NCBI GenBank assembly: GCA_049585595.1
Contig: JBAVAG010000025.1
Span: forward strand, 17,632 to 81,631
DNA length: 64,000 nt
Source: Desulfobaccales bacterium
GTDB lineage: Bacteria; Desulfobacterota; Desulfobaccia; Desulfobaccales; 0-14-0-80-60-11
Reading direction: 5' to 3'
Shown: one piece after another, positions 25,521 to 34,130 of the stretch
Position numbering within the stretch: the stretch's first letter is position 1
Layout: each line of letters begins with the position of its first letter
Program-made: the position numbers and the translations under genes
Notes under the pieces: generated by a model
What the model saw: only the letters and a program-made list of their open reading frames with translations
The model's database searches: none
Told to the model about the DNA's origin: nothing

Positions 25521-28447
25521 ATATTGCCCATTCCCTGAAACCGGTGAATGTCTTGTTAATGCATGGCCCGGAGCTGGTCGCGGCGGGGCTCGACCCCCAG
25601 GACTTTTGTCAGGCAGTGGCGAGCTTACCGAATTGTCGGGTGTTGCCCGTGGATCCGGCCTGGCCGGCTGCAGAGCAAGAGGAGCAAGTGCGCAGCTTCC
25701 TCAGCCAGGACCAGGAGGTCAATCCGGTTATCCTGGCGGCCAAAGATCCAGAGCATCGGGGGGCCGGGGTAGCCCGCCTGTTACGGGAAGAGCTGGGATT
25801 GAACCCGGAATGCCTCATGGCGGTGGACCTGACCGCAGCCCTGGAACTCCCGGACCAAAGCGCCCGGACCGCGAAAGTGCTGGAAATGATTCGCCTGGCG
25901 GCCTCGCAAGCCAGCATGACCAGGCCCATTATCCCCCAGGCAATCCCGGTCAGCCGTCAAGTTCTGGTTTGGGGCGATTCCATTGCCGGTTTGAAAGCTG
26001 CCTGGGATTTGGCAGAGGTGGGCTATCCGATTATCCTGGCGAACCCCAAGCCGGCTCTCAACCCCTTACCCTTGGAGTATACCGAGGACCCGGCTGAGCT
26101 TAACTCTCTGGCCCGGCAGGTCCAGGAACACCACCTGATCAGGACGGTTTCTGCCGCCCGGGTCAAAGATTTCGGCGGGGTCGCCGGCAATTTCACCCTG
26201 CGTCTGGAGACGTCGCAAGGACGCCTAACCGATAAGGTGGGCGCGGTGGTTTTGGCCCCTGAGCTGGAGATGCAAGAAGCCCCCCACCGTTACCACGCTC
26301 CCGAACATCCCTCGGTGATCTCCCAGACCCAGCTGGAAATGCTGCTGACTGGCGTTTTCGAAGAGGATCTGCCAGAAACTGTGGCCATCCTGGTGGGTCT
26401 GGCCGGGGAGAGCCATCCCCTGGCCCTGGGGAGGGCTCTGAGGGCGGCATCCCGCCTGCTGGCGGCCGGCAGCCGGGTCTACCTGTTGGTGGGCAACGCC
26501 AAGCTGGCGGACCCGGGCCTGCAGCGGGCCCTGCAGGCCAACCAGGAGGCCGGTTTGCAGCTCATCAAGCTGAAAGAGTGCCCTACTGTTAGCGTCATGG
26601 ACGGGGGTCTGGGGGTGGCCTTCTTTGAGCCGGCCATCCGCGAGAATCTGGTTCTGCCAGTTGACCTGGTAGTTTATGATGAACAATACCAAGCCGCCGG
26701 GGGAAACGCCGGGGTGGCCGAACTTCTCCGCCTGCCCTTAGGAGCCGGGGGTTTTCTCCAGTCCGGCAATGTCCACCACACCCCGGTGGCCACCAGCCGA
26801 CGGGGCATTTATGTCATCGGACCAGGCCGGGGGATCATGGACCCGGAAGGGACCGACACCGATATAAGTGTCGCCGTTAATGAGATTCAGAGCCTCCTGG
26901 CCCAGGGCGAAGCCGTCGCGCCCCAGGGACGGGCCTCAGTGGACCGGGGCCGGTGTGTCATCTGCCTGACCTGCTACCGGCTCTGCCCTCACGGTGCCAT
27001 CACCTGGGACAATCGGGCCATCATCAATGAACTGGCCTGCCAGGGCTGCGGCATTTGCGCCAGCCAGTGCCCCAACGACGCCATTCAGGTCTGGAATTTC
27101 ACCGATGACCAAGTGGCGACGCAATTGGCGGCCTTCGATCCCCAATTGAGTCCCCGGATTGTGGCCTTCATGTGCCGCAACTCCGCCTGGGAGGCCTATC
27201 AAACCGCGGTGAAGCTCCATCATGCCTCTCTGCCGCTGGGCTTCACTCCCATCAAAGTGCCTTGTGCCGGCAAGGTTGACCCTGATTATTTGCTGCAGAC
27301 CTTTGCCTCCGGGGCCGACGGCGTGCTGGTCCTCTCCTGTCCCCAGGACAACTGCAAATCCACCCATGGTAACCTGTACGCCGAGTGGGGGGTGGAGCAG
27401 GTCCAGGGGCTCCTGGCTGAAGCCGGCATTGATCCCGGCCGGCTCCTGTTCCGTTCCCTGGCCGCCAACGCCCCCCGAGACTTGATCGACGCGGTGGATC
27501 AGGTGATGGCCAACCTCAGCCTCTCGGCCGCGGAAACGGACGAAGATTATCCTTTCTGGCTGACTACCGGGGCCAGCTTTACCCAGCATTTCAGCGGCGC
27601 CAAGAGTCAGCGTCAGCCCGTTCTCCCTCAGGAAAGCCGGGAGGTCTGCATCGAAATGCATTCCCAGGATGCCCGGGACTTGGGAATTCAGTCGGGAGAA
27701 CCAATCAAGGTTAACAGCCGCCAGGGCGCGATCACGGCCACCGCCCGGTTAACTGATCGGCTCAAGCCGGGCGCGGCCTTTATGCCGAGGCACTTCCTGG
27801 GGGACGTAGTTAACTGCCTGGTCAATTCGCCTCTGGACCCCATCGCCAGGATGCCAGCATATCATGGGTGTGCAGTCAATTTAGAAAAGTTGGTCGAGCA
27901 ACTTGAGGAAGTCTTTGGCATTAAGGTGCCGCCTTCCCGCTACCTCCACCGGGGTCATACCTGGGTGGCCTTGGAGAATGGCGGCAGGGTGCGCCTGGGC
28001 ATGGATGACTTTTCCCAAAAGGTCCTGGGTCCCGGCGATGAAATCAGGCTGCCGCTAATCGGGGAGGAAATTCGCCATGACCAGGCGGCGCTGGCCCTAT
28101 TCCGCCAGGGGAAAAAGGCCGCGGTCCTGGCGCCTCTGGACGGTATCATCGAAGCGGTGAATCCCAAGGTCCTGGCAAGACCGGGGCTGGCCCATGACGA
28201 CCCTTACGGCGAAGGCTGGCTAATGGTCGTCGCCGCCACCAATCTGAAGTCGGACCTGAAAAACCTGGTCTCCGGCGAGGGCAAGGGGCCTTGGCTAGAA
28301 GAGGAGTCCCTCAGGCTCCTGGCCATGCTGGAACCCTCGGTGGGCGCCGCCCTCCAGTCCGACCGGACGATCATCGATGACGTCTACGGTCAGTACCCCG
28401 AATTAGGCTGGGAGCGCCTGGCAAAGGAGTTCCTCCGGTCCGCCTGA
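25517..28447 (+). CDS. 976-aa mosaic protein: degenerate HdrA-like region, 2x[4Fe-4S], MvhD-like domain, molybdopterin-dinucleotide-binding (MopB C-terminal) barrel and GcvH-like domain
   Basis: GTG 25517 overlaps the upstream stop (GTGA); the start is uncertain. Motifs seen: CVICLTCYRLCP and CQGCGICASQCP; RIVAFMCRNSAW..GADGVLVLSCPQDNCKSTHGN; YPFWLTTG...DARDLGIQSGEPIKVNSRQG...PGAAFMP; HTWVALENGGRVRLGMDDF...DDPYGEGWL. Confidence 0.7.
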   Translation: MNIAHSLKPVNVLLMHGPELVAAGLDPQDFCQAVASLPNCRVLPVDPAWPAAEQEEQVRSFLSQDQEVNPVILAAKDPEHRGAGVARLLREELGLNPECLMAVDLTAALELPDQSARTAKVLEMIRLAASQASMTRPIIPQAIPVSRQVLVWGDSIAGLKAAWDLAEVGYPIILANPKPALNPLPLEYTEDPAELNSLARQVQEHHLIRTVSAARVKDFGGVAGNFTLRLETSQGRLTDKVGAVVLAPELEMQEAPHRYHAPEHPSVISQTQLEMLLTGVFEEDLPETVAILVGLAGESHPLALGRALRAASRLLAAGSRVYLLVGNAKLADPGLQRALQANQEAGLQLIKLKECPTVSVMDGGLGVAFFEPAIRENLVLPVDLVVYDEQYQAAGGNAGVAELLRLPLGAGGFLQSGNVHHTPVATSRRGIYVIGPGRGIMDPEGTDTDISVAVNEIQSLLAQGEAVAPQGRASVDRGRCVICLTCYRLCPHGAITWDNRAIINELACQGCGICASQCPNDAIQVWNFTDDQVATQLAAFDPQLSPRIVAFMCRNSAWEAYQTAVKLHHASLPLGFTPIKVPCAGKVDPDYLLQTFASGADGVLVLSCPQDNCKSTHGNLYAEWGVEQVQGLLAEAGIDPGRLLFRSLAANAPRDLIDAVDQVMANLSLSAAETDEDYPFWLTTGASFTQHFSGAKSQRQPVLPQESREVCIEMHSQDARDLGIQSGEPIKVNSRQGAITATARLTDRLKPGAAFMPRHFLGDVVNCLVNSPLDPIARMPAYHGCAVNLEKLVEQLEEVFGIKVPPSRYLHRGHTWVALENGGRVRLGMDDFSQKVLGPGDEIRLPLIGEEIRHDQAALALFRQGKKAAVLAPLDGIIEAVNPKVLARPGLAHDDPYGEGWLMVVAATNLKSDLKNLVSGEGKGPWLEEESLRLLAMLEPSVGAALQSDRTIIDDVYGQYPELGWERLAKEFLRSA

Positions 28448-28523
28448 TAGCGGGTCCGCCAGAGGTTTATGACGGTTTAGGCAGGCTAAAGCCTGCGGCT
28501 ACCAAGGGCATATAGGCAGACGG

Positions 28524-28718
28524 ATGACCACACCACTGGCAAGGAAGTTCGAAGGCAAGAAGTTCATGTGGTATGGCGGCACCTGTGAAGACCCCGGGCA
28601 GGCCAGGCAGGTCATGGAGAACTACGCCAAAGAGGGGTTTGAGGTGCAGATGTTCGAGGAGGATGGCCGCTACTTCATCTATTCCCGCCGGCTAGCGGCG
28701 GCACAAGCGGCGAAATAG
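28524..28718 (+). CDS. small hypothetical protein (64 aa)
   Basis: Protein-like composition (MTTPLARKFEGKKFMWYGGTCEDPGQARQVMENYAKEGFEVQMFEEDGRYFIYSRRL...). No family recognised. Confidence 0.4.
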   Translation: MTTPLARKFEGKKFMWYGGTCEDPGQARQVMENYAKEGFEVQMFEEDGRYFIYSRRLAAAQAAK

Positions 28719-28887
28719 CGGCAAGGGCCAGCGCTCGCCAGCAGCGAGTCCAATTGGCAAGGACCGCTGACTCCCGAGGCTTAACCAAGGAGGAGAAGCG
28801 ATGGCTGCCCTTTGACGCCGACGGCTTCTGGCCCCCGACCAGGAGTGTTTTTGATGGGTGGAATTTCCCACGTTAGGTTAGTTTCCA

Positions 28888-29190
28888 TCAATTCTTGTTG
28901 CCTAATCCAGAATTAGTTCTCATAAACCTCTGCCGGAGTCCTTCATTATAGAAGCGGAAGTAACACCAGACCTCCTGCATAGCCCAAGGCACCGATGCGT
29001 AATCTTTGGGGTGAAATTCCTTATATTTCAAAGAGAGCCCTAAAATTTCGGTGAAGATGTTATCCTTCGCCTGGCCACAACCAAGCATGCTGCCGATAAC
29101 CCCCATAGCGGCTTTCTGCTATGATTCGGGACTTATCAGGAAATTAAAAACTTCCCCTATCCGAATCATATCTGGAATTTTTTCCACACC
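28888..29190 (-). pseudogene. IS3-family transposase OrfB C-terminal relic
   Basis: The minus strand reads ..DRGSFFNFL..*..GSMLGCGQAKDNIFTEILGLSLKYKEF...VWCYFRFYNEGLRQR. This resembles SDRGSQY...SMSRKGNCWDNA..ESFF..LK.E.......YI.FYN..R.H, with stops and a truncation. Confidence 0.5.
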
Positions 29191-29386
29191 ACTGATAAGC
29201 CTCGATCCTGGCAAGTTCTAGAAACTTTCGAATCCAAGATTTTCGCTTTCCCTTTGGCAAACCATCTCTGGCTCGATTTGAACCCCCTTATAACTTAAAA
29301 CTTGGTTAAACTGCCGGGGGCAGGTCAACGACCTTGCTGACCTTTACAAAGTGCTTAATTTATTAATTTTGAAAGGGGATCAATCC

Positions 29387-29485
29387 ATGGACCTTGTTTG
29401 GGTAACTATCACCCTGCTTTTCTTTGTGATTTGCCTGCTGTACGTCGGCTTCCTGGCCAATGAGGGCAAAACATGGAAAACCTGA
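29387..29485 (+). CDS. putative 32-aa hydrophobic peptide upstream of kdpF
   Basis: MDLVWVTITLLFFVICLLYVGFLANEGKTWKT. Overlaps the kdpF start. An analogous peptide gene precedes kdpF of the second operon. Confidence 0.35.
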   Translation: MDLVWVTITLLFFVICLLYVGFLANEGKTWKT

Positions 29486-29556
29486 TCGTGGGCCTGGTGG
29501 CCTTCGCCCTGTTTATCTATCTTTTTGTGGTGCTGCTGCGCCCGCATAAGTTTTAA
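29473..29556 (+). CDS. kdpF: KdpF
   Basis: MENLIVGLVAFALFIYLFVVLLRPHKF, the typical 27-aa KdpF ending RP-x-x-F. Lies 15 nt upstream of kdpA. Confidence 0.7.
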   Translation: MENLIVGLVAFALFIYLFVVLLRPHKF

Positions 29557-29571
29557 CCCGGGGATGCCGTA

Positions 29572-31374
29572 ATGAATGCCAGCGGTTGGACCCAATTAAT
29601 TCTCTTCAGCGTCATCCTGCTGGCCCTCACCAAGCCCATGGGGCTATACCTGGTGCAGGTGCTGGATGCCAACGGCCGGACCTTCCTCGACCCGGTCTTA
29701 AAGCCGGTGGAGCGCCTGATCTATCGCCTGGCGGGCATCGATCCGACCAGGGAGCAGGACTGGAAAGGCTACGCCATCTCCGTCCTGATCTTCAGCCTGG
29801 TCACCATGATGTTGACCTATTTCATCCTGCGGCTGCAATACCTTCTGCCCCTTAACCCCCAGGGTTTTGCCGGGGTGGCCGGGGATCTTTCCTTTGAGAC
29901 CGCGGCCAGCTTCCTCGCCAACGCCAGCTATCAGAACTATATCGGTGAAAACACCATGTCCTACCTCTCCCAGATGGTGGCCCTGGCCTCACACTGCTTT
30001 TTCTCAACGGCCACGGCCATCGCTGTCGCAGCCGCCCTGGTGCGGGGTCTCGCCCGGGATAAGGCTGCGACCCTGGGGAATTTCTGGACCGACATGATCC
30101 GCAGCTGCCTTTACCTGCTGCTGCCCATCTCTCTGGTGTTTGCCGTGTTTTTGGTCTCCCAGGGGATGATCCAGAACTTCAGCGCCTACACCACGGCCCA
30201 GGTGATGGAACCTGTTACCACCCAGGTCGCCAAGAAGGACGCCAGCGGCCAGGAGGTCAAGGACGCCCAGGGCAACACGGTGCTGGAGAATGTTAAGGTG
30301 CGGACCCAGACCATCCCCCAGGGTCCCATGGCCTCCCAGGTATCCATCAAGATGCTGGGAAGCAATGGCGGCGGCTTCACCAACGCCAATGCCGCCCATC
30401 CCTTCGAGAATCCCACGCCGCTGTCGAACTTCATCCAGATGCTGTCCCTCTTCCTGATACCCAGCGGCCTCACTTATTACCTGGGCCGCCAGTTAAGGAA
30501 CCAGAAGCACGGCTGGTCGGTGTGGGCCGCTATGTTTTTACTCTTCCTGGTGGGCGTGCTCATCTGCTGGGGGGCGGAAACCTATGGCGACCCGCGGCTG
30601 ACGGCCCTGGGCCTCGACCCCACCACCAGCGCCATGGAAGGCAAGGAAGTCCGCTTCGGCATCTTTAATTCCGCTCTGTTTGCCACGATAACCACGGACT
30701 CCTCCTGCGGTGCGGTCAACGCCATGCTTGACTCCTTCACGCCCCTGGGCGGCCTGGTGCCGATGTTCAACATCCATCTGGGCGAGGTCATCTTCGGCGG
30801 CGCCGGGGCCGGCCTCTTCGGCATGCTGGTCTACGTGGTCCTGGCCATCTTCCTGGCGGGCCTGATGGTGGGCCGAACCCCGGATTACCTGGGAAAAAAG
30901 ATCGAGTCCTTCGACGTCCAGGTGGCGGCCCTGTCTATTCTGGTGCCCAGCGTCTTCCTGCTTGGCTTCAGCGCCTTGGCCGCCTCCAGCCAGTGGGGCG
31001 TCCAGCCTTTAGGCAATAGCGGACCCCACGGCTTCAGCGAGATACTCTACGCCTTCACTTCCTGTATCGGCAACAACGGCAGTGCCTTTGCGGGCCTGTC
31101 GGCCAACACCCTCTAGTATAACCTGACTCTGGGGCTGGCCACCCTGGTCGGCCGCTTCTTAACCATCGTGCCGGTATTGGCGCTGGCGGGCAGCCTGGGG
31201 GCCAAAAAGACCATGGCGGTGAGCCCCGGCAGTTTTCCGGTTTCCGGGGTCACTTTTACCCTTCTCCTCGTGGGCACCGTCATCATTGTGGGAGCCCTGA
31301 CCTTCTTTCCGGCCGTCAGCCTGGGTCCCATTGTGGAGCACTTCATCATGATTAATTCTAACAAGTTATTCTAA
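29572..31374 (+). pseudogene. kdpA: KdpA (K+-translocating subunit) interrupted by one in-frame TAG at 31114-31116
   Basis: Track ORFs 29572-31116 and 31168-31374 share a frame. The sequence across the stop, GLSANTL-TAG-YNLTLGLATLVGRF...GAKK...GALTFFPAVSLGPIVEH, is the conserved KdpA C-terminus. Confidence 0.7.
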
Positions 31375-31385
31375 GGGCTCCGACG

Positions 31386-33416
31386 ATGGCTGCCAAAGTA
31401 AAAGCACTTTCATTGTTTGATAAGACGATCCTGATCCCGGCGATCGGGGATTCCTTTCGGAAGCTTGACCCCCGCGTGATGGTTCGCAATCCGGTGATGT
31501 TTGTGGCATTGGCGGGAGCTGTGGTGACGACGGCCAAACTCTTTTACACCCCTTTACATGGCGGGTCTTGGGGTTTCTTTCTGCAGATCGCTCTGTGGCT
31601 CTGGTTCACGGTGCTGTTCGCCAACTTTGCCGAGGCCATGGCGGAAGGGCGGGGCAAGGCCCAGGCGGCCACCCTGCGCAAGGCTCGGACCCAGGCCATT
31701 GCCCAGCGTCGGCTGCCCGACGGGGTCATCGAGCCAATCCCGGCAGAGGCCCTGCGTAAAGGCGATATCTTCGTGGTTAAGGCCACTGAGGTGATTCCGG
31801 CAGACGGCGAAATTATCGAAGGCGTAGCCACAGTGAATGAATCGGCCATCACCGGTGAGTCGGCCCCGGTGATTCGCGAGGCCGGCGGCGATCGCAGCGC
31901 CGTTACCGGCGGCACCCTGGTGCTCTCCGACGAGATTGTGGTGCAGGTCACCGCCAACCCCGGGGAGAGCTTCATGGACCGGATGATCGACCTGATCGAA
32001 GGCGCCAGCCGGCAGAAGACCCCCAACGAAATCGCCCTGACCATCCTGCTGGCGGCCCTGACTATCATCTTTCTGGTGGCGATCGTCACCCTGAAGCTCT
32101 TTGGTGCTTATGCGCGGGTGGACTTCTCCGTCCCAGTGCTGGCCGCCCTGCTGGTCTGCCTGATCCCCACCACCATCGGCGGCTTGCTTAGCGCCATCGG
32201 CATCGCCGGCATCGACCGGCTGGTGCGGCAAAACGTCTTGGCCATGAGCGGCCGCGCCGCCGAAGCTGCCGGTGATGTGGACGTGCTCCTGCTGGACAAG
32301 ACCGGCACCATCACCCTGGGCAACCGCCAGGCGGTGGAGTTCCTCCCGGCCCCGGGAGTCGATGTTAAAGAACTGGCCAACGTGGCACAGCTCGCCTCCC
32401 TGATCGATGAAACGCCCGAAGGACGCAGCATCGTGGTACTGGCCAAGCAATACGGCCTTAGGGGGCGGGAGCTGCATGAGTTTCCTGGTGCCGAGTTTGT
32501 CCCCTTTAGCGCCAGGACCCGCATGAGCGGCCTCAATGTCGAGGGCAAGCAATACCGCAAGGGCGCCTCGGATGCCGTACAAGAGTTCGTCGGCAAGCCG
32601 CTGCCTCCGGAGGTAGATGCTGAGATCCAGCGCATCGGCTCCCTGGGCGGCACCCCCCTGGTGGTCGCCAGTGCCGAAACGATCTATGGAGTGGTCTATC
32701 TCAAGGACATCGTCAAGGGCGGCTTGGCGGACCGATTCCTGCGCTACCGGGCCATGGGCATCACCACCATCATGATTACCGGCGACAATCCCCTCACTGC
32801 CGCGGCCATCGCCAAGGAAGCCGGGGTCGATGATTTCCTGGCCCAGGCCAAACCGGAGGACAAGCTGGCCATGATTCACCGGCAACAGGCAGCCGGACAC
32901 CTCGTGGCCATGACCGGCGACGGCACCAACGACGCCCCGGCCCTGGCGCAGGCCGACGTGGGCGTGGCCATGAACACCGGCACCCAGGCGGCCAAAGAGG
33001 CTGGCAACATGGTGGATCTAGATTCTAACCCCACCAAACTTATCGAGATCATGGAGATCGGCAAACAGCTTCTCATGACCCGGGGAGCCCTCACCACCTT
33101 CAGCGTCGCCAACGACGTAGCCAAATACTTTGCCATCATCCCGGCCATGCTGGTGGGGACCTTCCCCCAAATCGCCCCCTTCAATCTTATGAAACTGGCC
33201 TCGCCGGCCAGCGCCATCCTCAGTGCGGTGATCTTCAATGCCCTGATCATCATTGCCCTGATTCCCCTGGCGCTGAAAGGCATCAAGTTCCGCCCCTTGG
33301 GAGCCGCCGCGGTGCTGCGGCGCAATCTGCTGATCTATGGCCTGGGCGGCGTCATCGTGCCGTTTATCAGCATCAAGCTCATCGACTTGACAGTCGCCGC
33401 CCTGCACCTGGTCTGA
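31386..33416 (+). CDS. kdpB: KdpB P-type ATPase subunit
   Basis: DKTGTIT, MITGDN and TGDGTNDAP motifs, 676 aa. Confidence 0.95.
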   Translation: MAAKVKALSLFDKTILIPAIGDSFRKLDPRVMVRNPVMFVALAGAVVTTAKLFYTPLHGGSWGFFLQIALWLWFTVLFANFAEAMAEGRGKAQAATLRKARTQAIAQRRLPDGVIEPIPAEALRKGDIFVVKATEVIPADGEIIEGVATVNESAITGESAPVIREAGGDRSAVTGGTLVLSDEIVVQVTANPGESFMDRMIDLIEGASRQKTPNEIALTILLAALTIIFLVAIVTLKLFGAYARVDFSVPVLAALLVCLIPTTIGGLLSAIGIAGIDRLVRQNVLAMSGRAAEAAGDVDVLLLDKTGTITLGNRQAVEFLPAPGVDVKELANVAQLASLIDETPEGRSIVVLAKQYGLRGRELHEFPGAEFVPFSARTRMSGLNVEGKQYRKGASDAVQEFVGKPLPPEVDAEIQRIGSLGGTPLVVASAETIYGVVYLKDIVKGGLADRFLRYRAMGITTIMITGDNPLTAAAIAKEAGVDDFLAQAKPEDKLAMIHRQQAAGHLVAMTGDGTNDAPALAQADVGVAMNTGTQAAKEAGNMVDLDSNPTKLIEIMEIGKQLLMTRGALTTFSVANDVAKYFAIIPAMLVGTFPQIAPFNLMKLASPASAILSAVIFNALIIIALIPLALKGIKFRPLGAAAVLRRNLLIYGLGGVIVPFISIKLIDLTVAALHLV

Positions 33417-33429
33417 GAGAGAATGAGAT

Positions 33430-34026
33430 ATGAATATCCGAGGACTGCTTCAGGAAATCAAGGTTTCGACCCTGGTCACCCTGGCCCTGGTGATCATCTT
33501 GTGCGGCGTCTATCCCCTGGCAGTTTGGGGCATCGCCCAGGTGGCCTTTCCCAGTCAGGCCAACGGCTCCCTGATATATGTAAAGGGACAGGCCATCGGC
33601 AGCCGCTTGCTGGCGCAGAACTTCAGCGGGCCGCAGTATTTCCACCCGAGGCCCTTGGCCGCCGGCGCTACAGGCTACGACGGCACAAGCTCCGGCGGAA
33701 GCAACCTGGGACCACTGTCCCGGAAGCTCACCGATCAGGTGAAGGAGCGGGTGGAGAAGTATCGCGCCGAAAATAACCTGCCGGCCGGAACCCTGGTTCC
33801 CGCCGATGCCGTGACCGCCTCCGGCAGCGGCCTGGACCCCCACATCAGTCTGCGCAATGCCGCTTTTCAGGCCACTCGGGTTGCCCAGACCAGAAAGTTG
33901 AGTGAAGATCAGGTCAAGGGCCTCCTGCAAAAATATACCGAAGGGCCTGACCTGGGCATCTTGGGAGAGCCCGGGGTCAATGTGCTGCGGCTCAATCTGG
34001 CACTGGACGCACTTCCGGTAAAGTAA
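33430..34026 (+). CDS. kdpC: KdpC
   Basis: Typical 198-aa KdpC: N-terminal TM helix, [18 protein letters not shown]. Confidence 0.9.
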   Translation: MNIRGLLQEIKVSTLVTLALVIILCGVYPLAVWGIAQVAFPSQANGSLIYVKGQAIGSRLLAQNFSGPQYFHPRPLAAGATGYDGTSSGGSNLGPLSRKLTDQVKERVEKYRAENNLPAGTLVPADAVTASGSGLDPHISLRNAAFQATRVAQTRKLSEDQVKGLLQKYTEGPDLGILGEPGVNVLRLNLALDALPVK

Positions 34027-34130
34027 GACAGTTTTCGGTAGTAGGGGCATAGGTGGCGATATCTGCTCTATATCTCCGCACTTCACCAGCAGGGTTTTGG
34101 AGTGCTGAAATGCTCATCAGGGCCGCGCCT

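Noticed and set aside
28806-28829. 24-nt match (23/24) to hdrL2 21776-21799 as a separate pseudogene.
   Set aside because: It is too short to call a gene fragment on its own. It is only mentioned as supporting evidence for rearrangement near the right IS relic.
29334-29361. Sigma70-like promoter (TTGCTG-16-TAATTT) upstream of kdp operon 1.
   Set aside because: Weak match in an AT-rich stretch where such hexamers arise by chance, so it is not reported as a feature.
31114-31116. TAG in kdpA as pyrrolysine.
   Set aside because: There are no pyl genes or methylamine methyltransferase context in the window, and the position aligns with an ordinary aromatic residue. A nonsense mutation or a sequencing error is far more likely.
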